DNA of 64,000 nt. It comes from a virus (lineage: Duplodnaviria > Caudoviricetes). Shown piece by piece: positions 1 through 9,887 of the stretch; positions within the stretch are counted from its first letter, which is position 1; each line of letters begins with the position of its first letter. A program made the position numbers and the translations under genes. The notes beneath the pieces are model-generated. The model was given only the letters and a program-made list of their open reading frames with translations. It did not search any database and was not told the DNA's origin. Location: positions 192,001-256,000 of IMG/VR virus record IMGVR_UViG_3300002835_000001; one strand, written 5' to 3'.

Positions 1-1767
1 ATATGGTGGGAACCACATTACTCTACCTCCATTTGAACCTCTTTCGCAAATTGGTAAATCTTGTACAGTGAATCCTTTTTGTGTGGATGATTTCCAAGCT
101 AAGTTTTCAATTGAAAACATATATTTTTTTGCCTGTCCATCTTTTATATTTGTTGAATTTTCAAATGATTTTCTACCATTCGACATTGGTGCGTAGTTTA
201 AGTTCCATACTCTACTACCACCACCCATTACACTTCCATCAAACTTTCTTACCATGTTTGTTCTTCTCATGGTATCTGTGTAGTTAAAGTATGGTCTATC
301 TTTTGTCCATACTCTACAATATTCAACACCACTTTCTTCACCAGAAAATTTGTTTGTGTATTTTACCGCAGAACCTCTTGACATCATTACCTCACCATCT
401 TTAAAAACTCTACTGGTTTGGTCAATTACGTTTGCTACGTGAGAACGCATCTCAGAACCATTAGTTGGTAATGTATTTAATATTTGTTGTGTTTTTCCTA
501 AAATTGAATCTTCTCTAAAAACATATTTTGTTGATAAACTATCTTGTAAATTAGTTTGTTCTATACCACTATATTCCTTGTTATGTTCTCCTAATTTATT
601 TTTAGAATTTTTACTATACCAAGCTAGTTTACCTCCAATTTGTCCTCCCTCGGTTACATTTTTACTTTTATGAAATAACTGAGCAGAAATTTCATCAAAC
701 ATTAATGAAAGATAATAAGGACTTCTTACTTGGTTGTCATTAAAATCTCCCATTGCAAATCTTACATCATTTGACCTATCGTCACCAATATAAGCTTGTC
801 CTGCGGGAGCTTCGACACCTAATATATTTTTTATACCTTGTGCCGCTTTATCTACAAAACTAAATAACTTTGATGATTGTTGAGATCTCGCACTTGTTGT
901 ATAGTTTGGTGCATATCTATTAAATGTTAATGAATCAAACAAAGCCTGTTTAGGTCCTTGACCCATATATTGTATTAATAAATCTGAAGGTTTTCTTGAT
1001 AACTTTGGTCTTCTTTCAATTCCAATCAATGAACCTAATACTCCCGTAACATCTTGTGCAATTTTACCTAATTCAGTTTTTGCTTCGGGTCTATAATTTA
1101 TTGGATTTCTTGGGTTTGATAAATAATCGCCAGGTATTTCACTAAATGGTAATTGTGTTCCTGAAACTGTTTGTAAAAAATCGATACCTTTACCAATAAG
1201 AGTACTTGCAACAGTAATCTTATTATTCATTTCAACTAATGGTTCTCTACCTGTTAATATGTTTAACGCGGTTGCTGTGTTACCATTTAAAGCGTCTAAC
1301 AATCTTATCTTACCATTAATTGCTCTATCGGTATTATAAGCTATCCTTGTTAATACAGGACCTCCCTTATCTTCTCTTATGTATTTTGCAGCAAATTTAA
1401 ATAATTCAGATTCAGTATCGTACTTTTTTGTTGCCATGATACCAATTAAATTATGTTTCTCCGCAGTAAAATATGGAGAACCACCATTAAAATATAATGA
1501 TAAGTTACGTGTTCTTGGTAACGTATCAATATTTTCCTTTATAAAAAATTTAGTTGGTTTATATATGTTTGAATTAGAAATTTTAATTAAATCATCTTTT
1601 CTATTTTTATCAACAGCACCTGGATCAACATTTGATAGATTACTTAATTTTTGATAATCATAGTTATCTTTAGTAAACGTTTGTGGACCATTTGGTTTGA
1701 TTAACGTTTTTGCTATGATAGAATTCCTAAATTCTTTAGTAGAATCAAAATTTAAGTAACTTGGCAT
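1..1767 (-). CDS. Large virion protein, probably baseplate/tail-tube-initiator type; truncated by left window edge (not in ORF track)
   Basis: Manual translation: ATG at 1767 (MPSYLNFDSTKEFRNS...) stays open for 589 codons to position 1, ending GSNGGRVMWFPPY; late motif at 1783-1790; follows the tape measure gene. Confidence 0.75.
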   Translation of the reverse strand, partial: MPSYLNFDSTKEFRNSIIAKTLIKPNGPQTFTKDNYDYQKLSNLSNVDPGAVDKNRKDDLIKISNSNIYKPTKFFIKENIDTLPRTRNLSLYFNGGSPYFTAEKHNLIGIMATKKYDTESELFKFAAKYIREDKGGPVLTRIAYNTDRAINGKIRLLDALNGNTATALNILTGREPLVEMNNKITVASTLIGKGIDFLQTVSGTQLPFSEIPGDYLSNPRNPINYRPEAKTELGKIAQDVTGVLGSLIGIERRPKLSRKPSDLLIQYMGQGPKQALFDSLTFNRYAPNYTTSARSQQSSKLFSFVDKAAQGIKNILGVEAPAGQAYIGDDRSNDVRFAMGDFNDNQVRSPYYLSLMFDEISAQLFHKSKNVTEGGQIGGKLAWYSKNSKNKLGEHNKEYSGIEQTNLQDSLSTKYVFREDSILGKTQQILNTLPTNGSEMRSHVANVIDQTSRVFKDGEVMMSRGSAVKYTNKFSGEESGVEYCRVWTKDRPYFNYTDTMRRTNMVRKFDGSVMGGGSRVWNLNYAPMSNGRKSFENSTNIKDGQAKKYMFSIENLAWKSSTQKGFTVQDLPICERGSNGGRVMWFPPY

Positions 1768-1802
1768 TATTTTCTTTTATATTATAAATAGATTTATTTA
1801 GA

Positions 1803-3704
1803 TTATCTTTTAGCTGTCGATGGTGTGGTATACGATTGAGTATCTACTGTATGGAAGTCATTATAGATACTTGAATTTTTACCCACTTCTCTCATCCATC
1901 CATCAACTAAAGCGTCACCACCTTTGAATACATATTCGTTTGTTACTTTAACATTTTTGTCTGTTTGAGTTGACGATTCTTTTTGTTTTTTAGCTTCTTC
2001 TTCTGCAATTTTTGTTGCCTCTTCTTTTGTTATTGCATTTTTTGGTGTTTCAACTTTACCTGTTTGTTTATTATCAGGTGTAATAATACCTTTTATTTCA
2101 TTATTAATTAAAGTGGCGGCTTTTGGGAGTGCTTCTTTTGTTGTTTCTGCGAATTTTTTCATATCAATTCCCATTTTATCCGCCAACTCTTTAACCTCTC
2201 TTGTTCCTGTTAACGCAATCGATTTAACTAAAAATGAAACATCTCGTCTAATATTTTCAATATCTGAAGCTTGTCCTCTTACAATATCATCTGCCTCTAA
2301 TTTTTTAAATTCATCTTTATATTTTAACAATAATTCGGCTTGGTTCTTATCTAAAGTATCTAACGCTACCTCCTGTGCTCCACCAAAAAGGTCTCTCATT
2401 TTTTCAGATTGTAATTCAATGGTCATTTTACCATTTTTCATCTGAGACATGTTAGTTAAGAATTCTTTATCCTCATCTTCAATTCTTAAACCAGATAACA
2501 TTTCTTTTGCGCTTAATCTTTCTTGTGCCGCAACTGCGGTCTTTGTAAGTTCCTTATAGTCCATACCTAATGCGGTAGCCATCTCTCTTACTTTTCTTAA
2601 GTTAACACCTGTAACTTCAAATCTTCCTTGTTCTTGGTTGTATGTGGCTAAACTACTTGCAGCATTAATAATTGAATCTTGTAATCCTTCAACATTATTC
2701 GTTGCCATATACATTAATTTAAGTGGGTCATTGAAATCTCCAATGGCACCACCTAATACTTGTAAGTTAGCTGATAACTCTAATGCACTTTCTGGACTAA
2801 ATACTTTTTCGGCAACTTGTGAAACCGCATCCATACTTAATCTAAATTCAATAGATTTTTGAACCATTCTAGCTAAACCTTCAACTCCTTTTTGGAATCC
2901 GTATTCGTTTAACTTACCTATATTTGTTGCTAAATCTTTTGAAACTCTTTGTGAATTTAGTCCTAAAGTTAGTGAGCTTTTTCCCGCTTTTTCAACTGCA
3001 TCGAACGTACCTTTAGCCCCTATACCTACTTTTTCAAAATCAGGTAACATGTTGGTTAATGCTTCCATTGAACCAAGGTATGCTTGACCAACCACTGCCG
3101 CCTGTTCAAATGATTGTTGATTTATTAAATTAAATTTACCAGACTTTTCCACTAAACCTTGAGCAACTCCCGCTAATGTTTCAAATGATATACCTAATTG
3201 TGCTAATTTTGGTCCTGCGTTTGATATTTCTTCCCTAAAATCTTTTGATAGTGCACCCGTTAAACCGGTTTTGGTGTTGATGTCTTCTAATAACTTTCTT
3301 TGATTATTATATTCATCACCGATCTGTTCTAATCCAGCCTTGAATACGTTTTGTGCAATTTGGTCTGCTGGTAAAATTTTTCCGTCTTTTGATGCCATAG
3401 ACAAAAGCTCCGTTGAATTAACCGAGTCCTTAATATCTTTATAATGTCCACCACCTTCTTGTCCTTTTAAAATTCCACTGGCTGCCTCAATGAATGATTT
3501 CGCTCCTTTGGTTGTACTGGTTCCTTTTTTTTGACCACTTGAATACGATTCATATTCAATTTTAGCTCTTGATTGTAATGAATTTAGTTCACTCTCACTA
3601 TTAGAATTCGATGGTGGGTATAAATCTTTATAAATTGTTAAAAACCTTGGCCAGTTTCCATCCGACCCTGCCTTCTCTAAATCTGTTGTGCTATATTTTG
3701 CCAT
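1803..3704 (-). CDS. Tape measure protein (putative)
   Basis: 633 aa, helical and A/G/L/Q-rich; directly downstream of tube and chaperone genes. Confidence 0.7.
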   Translation of the reverse strand: MAKYSTTDLEKAGSDGNWPRFLTIYKDLYPPSNSNSESELNSLQSRAKIEYESYSSGQKKGTSTTKGAKSFIEAASGILKGQEGGGHYKDIKDSVNSTELLSMASKDGKILPADQIAQNVFKAGLEQIGDEYNNQRKLLEDINTKTGLTGALSKDFREEISNAGPKLAQLGISFETLAGVAQGLVEKSGKFNLINQQSFEQAAVVGQAYLGSMEALTNMLPDFEKVGIGAKGTFDAVEKAGKSSLTLGLNSQRVSKDLATNIGKLNEYGFQKGVEGLARMVQKSIEFRLSMDAVSQVAEKVFSPESALELSANLQVLGGAIGDFNDPLKLMYMATNNVEGLQDSIINAASSLATYNQEQGRFEVTGVNLRKVREMATALGMDYKELTKTAVAAQERLSAKEMLSGLRIEDEDKEFLTNMSQMKNGKMTIELQSEKMRDLFGGAQEVALDTLDKNQAELLLKYKDEFKKLEADDIVRGQASDIENIRRDVSFLVKSIALTGTREVKELADKMGIDMKKFAETTKEALPKAATLINNEIKGIITPDNKQTGKVETPKNAITKEEATKIAEEEAKKQKESSTQTDKNVKVTNEYVFKGGDALVDGWMREVGKNSSIYNDFHTVDTQSYTTPSTAKR

Positions 3705-3717
3705 ACATATAAATAGG

Positions 3718-3870
3718 TTATTGTGTGTTTTCCAACTCCATTATATAACCAATATAATATCGTCTAATATAGACAGGCATAGTTAAAATGTCTCCATATG
3801 AGAATCCTTTCCTGATTAGGTAGTGAATTTCCGATAATTGATTTTTCTTATATTCCGTAGAAAGGGCGAA
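3718..3870 (-). CDS. Tail chaperone C-terminal extension in the +1 frame (FALSTEYKKNQLSEIHYLIRKGFSYGDILTMPVYIRRYYIGYIMELENTQ)
   Basis: 50-codon open frame overlapping the chaperone 3' end at TTT-TTT-CGC; fills the gap before the TMP promoter; G/GT-type position. Confidence 0.7.
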   Translation of the reverse strand, partial: FALSTEYKKNQLSEIHYLIRKGFSYGDILTMPVYIRRYYIGYIMELENTQ

Positions 3871-4597
3871 AAAAGTCAACCCCAAACCCAATTCTAAATT
3901 GGATCTCTTCTCCTGATGGGGTATTTGCTGTTTGTGTTAGGTCAATTCCTGGCTTATTGTCAGATACGTATTTTCTAAAATCTTGTGAATCTTTAATCGG
4001 CATATTCTCAATGAAATTTCTTGTGTTCATTGGGTCATTAACTCCAGCCACGGATTTAATCATACCTTCGAGTTGTTTTGTAATAATTGGAGCTATTCCA
4101 TTACCATTCCAACTCTTTGCAATTTCTTTTATGTCGTTTTCTTGTTTTTGGGTTAAAAACTTAAATGTTACGTCTACTTTGGATTTATTCATAAAATATG
4201 AATATTCTCCGTTAGAATCTGCAACTAATGTAAATGGTTTAAAATCTAAACTACTTAAATCTATTTGAACCTCAAAATCTTCGTTTGTTTTTGGGTCGGT
4301 TAATGTAACTTTATATTCTGAACCAAATGCGGTATTTCTTAAAAATATTAAAATAGCCTCCTTATCTTCTTCAACCAAATCTTCGGTTGATAAGTCTTTG
4401 TCTAATACTTTTCTTTTTAATAGTTCATTAACTATAGCATTTGTCTGTATTAAATTTGGGGATGCTAATATATTTTCATCCGCGGCAGTTAGGTAAGCTA
4501 TTCTTAGTGATTTCTTACCATTTTGATAATGGATACCTCTACTTGGTAACTCCACAACATCATATGCGATTCTTGGGTCAATTCTTAATTCTTCCAT
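3848..4597 (-). CDS. Tail assembly chaperone / T4 gp26-like hub protein
   Basis: MEELRIDPRIAYDVVELPSRG, YLTAADENIL, C-terminal FF-x-P; lies between tube and TMP; start moved to 4597 because 4643-4677 is a terminator. Confidence 0.7.
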   Translation of the reverse strand: MEELRIDPRIAYDVVELPSRGIHYQNGKKSLRIAYLTAADENILASPNLIQTNAIVNELLKRKVLDKDLSTEDLVEEDKEAILIFLRNTAFGSEYKVTLTDPKTNEDFEVQIDLSSLDFKPFTLVADSNGEYSYFMNKSKVDVTFKFLTQKQENDIKEIAKSWNGNGIAPIITKQLEGMIKSVAGVNDPMNTRNFIENMPIKDSQDFRKYVSDNKPGIDLTQTANTPSGEEIQFRIGFGVDFFRPFYGI

Positions 4598-4642
4598 AGT
4601 ACAATTTAATCTATAACTATCGTAAAGTAAAGTTTTAAACAT

Positions 4643-4677
4643 AAAAAAACCGATACCCATTTCTGGTATATCGGTTT
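4643..4677 (-). terminator. Intrinsic terminator after tail tube gene
   Basis: Minus strand AAACCGATA...TATCGGTTTTTTT stem plus U-tract. Confidence 0.75.
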
Positions 4678-4698
4678 AATATATGAAAAAGTATAATA

Positions 4699-5187
4699 TT
4701 AGAATACAAGTATACATCTATCCATACGTAAAGTACATTGGATAGTTGCAATTTCATCTCTTGAATAGTCTAATTCACCAAAGTTGATGTCTTGAATAAA
4801 TGTTCCTTGAAGAATCCATTTTTCAACAACAACTCCCGTTGGGTCTAACATTTCAAGTTCGATGTCTTTTTTATAACCGGCAGCATATCCCATACGACCA
4901 GTAACTGATTCAGCGTGTAAACGGAACCACTCCATTAACGCTTGTGACGCTGATGGACCAATCGGGTCTTTAAATGTTACCCTCATAGTATCCCAACTAA
5001 ATTTACCCGCAACATATGTTGAAGTATTTAAAAAAGGAATTTCAGTCGCGTTGATTTTTGCGGATGGTCTAGCCGCTGATGTTACATACCATTCATTGAT
5101 ACCCAAAGAAGATGGGAATCTTACAATAAATCGGTTCTGTCTTTTCGGTTCGTAAGGAACCGGCATTTTCATTAGTAAATCTGCCAT
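4699..5187 (-). CDS. Tail tube protein (T4 gp19-like)
   Basis: YEPKRQNRF, EWFRLHAESVTGRMGYAAGYKKDIELEMLDPTG, W-L-G-F, downstream of sheath. Confidence 0.92.
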   Translation of the reverse strand: MADLLMKMPVPYEPKRQNRFIVRFPSSLGINEWYVTSAARPSAKINATEIPFLNTSTYVAGKFSWDTMRVTFKDPIGPSASQALMEWFRLHAESVTGRMGYAAGYKKDIELEMLDPTGVVVEKWILQGTFIQDINFGELDYSRDEIATIQCTLRMDRCILVF

Positions 5188-5224
5188 GTTGTATTTGTTA
5201 AGTTTTTTTGTTATTTTATACTCT

Positions 5225-5232
5225 TATAAATA
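5225..5232 (-). promoter_or_regulatory. Late-promoter motif TATTTATA (tube gene)
   Basis: Recurrent motif; 37 nt upstream of ATG; further copies at 5330-5337 and 5369-5376. Confidence 0.6.
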
Positions 5233-5456
5233 TATGTTAATTAGAAATAAATTTATTTTTAGGATCGATCTTGATTTTGTGGATTTTTTTTCGTAGTTTT
5301 TTACAAATCCTCCAGTATTCTAGACCCAGTATAAATAATTAATAAATTTCTAGTTTAATAATATAACATATAAATACTAGTATAACTAGTTCCAGATTAT
5401 ACTGGGTAAAATAAAATGATATAATTTTAATAATAATTGGTTCCATGTGGAGCATT

Positions 5457-5487
5457 AAAAAAGGGAAGCTTTTCGGCCTCCCTTTTT
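5457..5487. terminator. Bidirectional intrinsic terminator after sheath gene
   Basis: AAAAAAGGGAAGC-TTTTCG-GCCTCCCTTTTT. Confidence 0.75.
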
Positions 5488-5509
5488 ATTTTTATATCCT
5501 CCTTTTAGA

Positions 5510-8368
5510 TTAGATATTCTCGAATGAAGCTCCTGTTGGAGTAATTACGAATTCCAAATCAATAAATTCAAGAGAACGAGTAGGTTTAACGTAAATTTTA
5601 CCTCTCAAAGTGTTAGCGTCGATGTCTTCAACATCACTTGAAACACTTACTTTAAATTCATAAAGACCTCTTTCTTTCTTAATTGATTCTAAAATTGGGT
5701 TTACCAATCTTAAGAACTCTTGTCTTACTTGTTCGTCGTTTTGTTCGAACAACAATCTAACAGCAACTGCTGAAATTAACTTTCTTGCTCTTAACAACAA
5801 TCTTCTTACGTTGATTCTATCAAGTGCAGATTCTCTAACTTGTAACGTTTTGTTACCCCAAATAATTGTACCAGTATCAGAGAACGTTGCGATTGGATTA
5901 ATTCTATTTTTGTAAAGTTCGTCTCTTTCATCAAGAGTTAACTTCTTTTTAGCTTTAATTGCATTTACCAAACCTCTTGAATAACCCGCAACTGCGAACC
6001 AAGGATAAGATACGTTATCAGTTAACGCGATGTTCTTCAACACCTCACCTGTTGGTGGAATGTAAAGTTGAGTTGCGTTATCTGTATCTCTTACTTGAAT
6101 CCAAGGCCAATATGTTGCAGAATAGTTAGAGTCAATTCCTAAATCGTCAAGGTAACCTGTAACGGTTGCCGCATCATCAACATTTGGTGATGATATGATA
6201 TAAAGTGAATCGGCTCTTTCATTCTCGATAATATCTATTGCTTGACTTGTTAAAGATGAATGATCGTAGAAGTTAATACCTGCAGTAGCGAATACGTTAA
6301 TATCAATTGCCTCAGGATTTGAGTAAGTTTGAATACCTTCTAAATAAGCATAATAATCAGAGTTTCCTATGGTTGTATTGAACACACCACCATTATCGGT
6401 ATTAGCTGTATTATATGTTGTTTTACCATAAATAAATTGGTCACCAAGAGTTCTTGTCTCTCTGTATATATCCCAACCATCAAATCCACCACAAACCGCT
6501 AATGTAAATTTACGGAAGTTTATGTTGGTTAATTTATTGTCGGTACCAGATTGACCTTCTAAATCATAAGGTGTTGTTTGGTATGTTGTTCCTGTTATTG
6601 ATGATGCGTTTGTTGATAAGTGGAAACCGAATGTACTTGAAGACGCCGCATTTCCTTTATATTTAAACAAGTCACTATCAAATTTAAAACCATTTTGAGA
6701 TGATAAACCTAAAGAGACTTTCTTTACTTTATCTCCGTTAGATAATACTTGAGAACCATCCGATTCGTAGTAAACCACGTCACCACCATCAAAAAATTCT
6801 GTTTTGTAAAGAACACTACCTAATTTGTTACTTGAAACAAGTAAGGATGTAAATCCTTTGAATCCAGCAGGGAAAGCGTCCGTAGGTGCATTATCGGCCA
6901 TATTTAACATGATAAACTTTGAACGTAATTCATATTCACCATCAGAGGTACCAACTTTTCTTGCCACATAACCTGGAAGGTCAGTATTCATTGAACATCT
7001 TGTAAATTTCTCTAATATAATTTGATTTTCATCAGTATCGTTAAAATCACGAACCATAATATCAAATTCGGCAGTATCTAAATTAATATTTTGAATTGTA
7101 ACCTTAACTTCAATATTTGCTGCGTCTCCATCAGATATTGTTAATATTGAGAATAAATCTGCAACATTACCACCACGAACTTCAGAAACAACTGTAGGTG
7201 ATGATGGAGTATCCCATGATTGTGCAAAATTATCACTTTCAACGTTTGATGATACATCTAAACTTAAACCTCTTACGTATCCATTTCTAAATGCTGATAA
7301 TAATAAGTTAGAATATATTTCATTAACATATAATGGATAATCTTCTTTTACTTTATCAAAAACTTCAGTACCTAATACTTTATTTATATATTTTGTTGAT
7401 GAAATATCTAATGAACAATTGAATGTTTTAATTCCTCCCGTAATACCTGTAACATTTAAAGCAAATTCTGCCATTGGGTTAGTTGTAACACCACCAACAT
7501 CGGTTAATGTTACTGCTGTTGTTCCTGTTACTTGTAATACTAAACTTTGTGAAGCGTTATATTCACCTCTTGATCTTAAAGAAGCAACAATTACATCACT
7601 ATAATCTGTGTTAAGTGATGCGCTGTATTTAAATCTTGTTACATCAAATGAAGATGTACTTGTAGAATAAACAAAAAGATAAGAGTAAACACCATCAATT
7701 GTTGAGTCGGCTGACCCTGTTTTAGTAAAGAACGCATTATACCAATTTTTATTAGCATTTTCACCGATTGGTGATAAAAGTTTTGTACCTGTTAAACTTG
7801 AGGTATCTGAAGTTGGTACATTACCAATAACAAACCAATCGTTATTTGCATACGCCGCACCACTCTTACCTGTTTTACTTGTTATGTATGTTGTTACAGA
7901 TGAACCATTGGTTGCCGTTTTACCTGAAAGTTCACCATAAATTGTTGAACCTGTAATAGTTGCGGTTGTTGCTGATAATGTTATTCCTGTTGTTGATGTA
8001 GGTGTAGACACTAAATCCACTGTTACACCACCTAAAGTTTTAATACTATAAGTTTTTCCTGGTTTATATCCTGTTTTACCAAGTATTCTTGTTACGAATA
8101 GTTGATTAGACTCTTGTAAGTATGATTTAGCCATATAAGCTAACTCATATTTAGGGTTATTTGCACCGTCTTTCTCAGGTGAAGTTGGTCCGAAATACGT
8201 TTTGAATTCGTCGAAGTCCCCAACTAAAATAGGTTCGAAAGCAGGACCTTTTAAAGCCTCACCTACTAAACCTAAAGTTGTAACCCCGACACTTTGTGCT
8301 ACGAATGTTAGATCCTTCTCAGATGTGTACACACCCGGAGAAACGAATACTCTGTTTGAATTTGCCAT
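5510..8368 (-). CDS. Contractile tail sheath protein (T4 gp18-like) with large T/S-rich insertion
   Basis: VFVSPGVYTSEKD N-terminus, YWPW, PWFAVAGYSRG, RINPI, RINVRRLL, IYVKPTRSLEFI. Confidence 0.96.
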   Translation of the reverse strand: MANSNRVFVSPGVYTSEKDLTFVAQSVGVTTLGLVGEALKGPAFEPILVGDFDEFKTYFGPTSPEKDGANNPKYELAYMAKSYLQESNQLFVTRILGKTGYKPGKTYSIKTLGGVTVDLVSTPTSTTGITLSATTATITGSTIYGELSGKTATNGSSVTTYITSKTGKSGAAYANNDWFVIGNVPTSDTSSLTGTKLLSPIGENANKNWYNAFFTKTGSADSTIDGVYSYLFVYSTSTSSFDVTRFKYSASLNTDYSDVIVASLRSRGEYNASQSLVLQVTGTTAVTLTDVGGVTTNPMAEFALNVTGITGGIKTFNCSLDISSTKYINKVLGTEVFDKVKEDYPLYVNEIYSNLLLSAFRNGYVRGLSLDVSSNVESDNFAQSWDTPSSPTVVSEVRGGNVADLFSILTISDGDAANIEVKVTIQNINLDTAEFDIMVRDFNDTDENQIILEKFTRCSMNTDLPGYVARKVGTSDGEYELRSKFIMLNMADNAPTDAFPAGFKGFTSLLVSSNKLGSVLYKTEFFDGGDVVYYESDGSQVLSNGDKVKKVSLGLSSQNGFKFDSDLFKYKGNAASSSTFGFHLSTNASSITGTTYQTTPYDLEGQSGTDNKLTNINFRKFTLAVCGGFDGWDIYRETRTLGDQFIYGKTTYNTANTDNGGVFNTTIGNSDYYAYLEGIQTYSNPEAIDINVFATAGINFYDHSSLTSQAIDIIENERADSLYIISSPNVDDAATVTGYLDDLGIDSNYSATYWPWIQVRDTDNATQLYIPPTGEVLKNIALTDNVSYPWFAVAGYSRGLVNAIKAKKKLTLDERDELYKNRINPIATFSDTGTIIWGNKTLQVRESALDRINVRRLLLRARKLISAVAVRLLFEQNDEQVRQEFLRLVNPILESIKKERGLYEFKVSVSSDVEDIDANTLRGKIYVKPTRSLEFIDLEFVITPTGASFENI

Positions 8369-8405
8369 CGATTGTTGTTTGGTTAATTATTTTTATTAGT
8401 TATTC

Positions 8406-8413
8406 TATAAATA
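8406..8413 (-). promoter_or_regulatory. Late-promoter motif TATTTATA (sheath gene)
   Basis: Recurrent motif, 37 nt upstream of ATG. Confidence 0.6.
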
Positions 8414-8495
8414 TCTTTGTTTTTACCAAAGATTTCCGTACTTTTGTTTAAAAAGATAGTAAATTATCCTTTTCTATCTTAAATTATCTTTCATC

Positions 8496-8654
8496 ATGGA
8501 AAACAAACAGAAAAACGTAAAAATTAGTGAAAAACACCACGAGATGTTAAAAAACCATTGTGAAAAGAACGGATTAAAAATTTATAAGGTTTTAGAAAAA
8601 TATATTGACGAAGTTTGTAAACCAAAAAAGAAGGACATCTATGGTGACGATTAA
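8496..8654 (+). CDS. Small ribbon-helix-helix-like DNA-binding protein, 52 aa (not in ORF track)
   Basis: MENKQKNVKISEKHHEMLKNHCEKNGLKIYKVLEKYIDEVCKPKKKDIYGDD: alternating beta strand, helix, G turn, helix. Confidence 0.65.
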   Translation: MENKQKNVKISEKHHEMLKNHCEKNGLKIYKVLEKYIDEVCKPKKKDIYGDD

Positions 8655-9886
8655 TATAGGTAAGTCACACCAATTCTAGAACCAACAACGGGTGTACCTA
8701 ATAAAACAATATCTTGTGAACCTGAAACATCAAATCCAGAACCTTCCTCTTCTTGTAGACCATTTATATCTAAACTGACAATACTACTAATATTGTTATA
8801 TGTGTGAAAAGTTAATGTACTACCATCATATTGGAAATACTCCGTAGTAACTTGTATTAATTTACCATAATTATCTATAATAACATTGTTTCTACCCTTA
8901 TAGTACGAAATAACTATAGTACTACCTTCAAAAGGTGGTTGTACAAATGATATTTTAGATGTATATGAAATGTGGAAAAAATCGGCGTTTTTCTCTTGTA
9001 ATAGACCATTAATTGTAACACTAAACAATGTACCAATACTTTCACCAACACTAAATTGAGTTTGCATCCCGTCTCCAGTAAATGACATCACGGTTATATC
9101 AATAACCTTACTAACGTATTTTTTCCTACCTACACCCTCTTTTGCAAATTCATTCATTAAAAAGAAACGATTAATTGCGGGTTTTACCTCAAATTCATCA
9201 GAATCAATAAGGAAACCTAACATAGTAAATGTGTAGTTTTGAATGTAAAATCTCCTACCCTCCAACGTATCCATGGGAGTGTTATCTTCAATTTTATCTA
9301 ATATAAGTGGAATGTAATGTCCCTTAACTTGAGTATAATCTTGTCTTGATGAAAAATTTTGTAATACTATTTTACTAAATTTATTAACATCTCTAAATTT
9401 ATTACAAACAATCGTAACGTCATATGTTATATCAACAGGTACGGGTTGTGGTATTTTATATATATCCGCACCCATAGTGGTTCCGTTCCAAGTCGGTACG
9501 GAGGAGTAGTAAAATTGATGTCTATCGGGTATTGTTCTCTGAACCGATGGATTTGTTCCCGGTTGAACGTCGGGTTTTCTTACAATTGCAACAAATGGTA
9601 ATTCAATATTTCCGTCGTCGTTTGTAAATGTCCACGTTTGTGTAAATTCACCCCACCTTTGAACTGTTAATATTTTATCAATAATTGGTATCTTATTACC
9701 ATCGGACACAATTTGAAAATTTTTAGTTACGTAATCTAAAAATCCTTTATCTAAATCATCATGTAATATAGAGTCGGGAAGATATGTGTCAGATTTAGTA
9801 ATTTTATCTAACAATTCTTGTCTTCTTTCAGTCAGTTCTTTTTCTGTGTAAACAGATATATTGTTTTTTCTTTTAGGTATTCCCAT
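8651..9886 (-). CDS. Tail terminator/sheath stabiliser-like protein with two C-terminal beta-sandwich repeats
   Basis: PVPVDITYDVTI and FTMLGFLID (gp15-like); between neck and sheath; duplicated INGL-Q-E modules. Confidence 0.6.
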   Translation of the reverse strand: MGIPKRKNNISVYTEKELTERRQELLDKITKSDTYLPDSILHDDLDKGFLDYVTKNFQIVSDGNKIPIIDKILTVQRWGEFTQTWTFTNDDGNIELPFVAIVRKPDVQPGTNPSVQRTIPDRHQFYYSSVPTWNGTTMGADIYKIPQPVPVDITYDVTIVCNKFRDVNKFSKIVLQNFSSRQDYTQVKGHYIPLILDKIEDNTPMDTLEGRRFYIQNYTFTMLGFLIDSDEFEVKPAINRFFLMNEFAKEGVGRKKYVSKVIDITVMSFTGDGMQTQFSVGESIGTLFSVTINGLLQEKNADFFHISYTSKISFVQPPFEGSTIVISYYKGRNNVIIDNYGKLIQVTTEYFQYDGSTLTFHTYNNISSIVSLDINGLQEEEGSGFDVSGSQDIVLLGTPVVGSRIGVTYLY

Positions 9887-9887
9887 T

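Noticed and set aside
81-1654. Track ORFs 81..287 and 1379..1654 (+)
   Set aside because: Antisense shadows of the long minus-strand ORF 1..1767, which the track missed because it has no stop in the window
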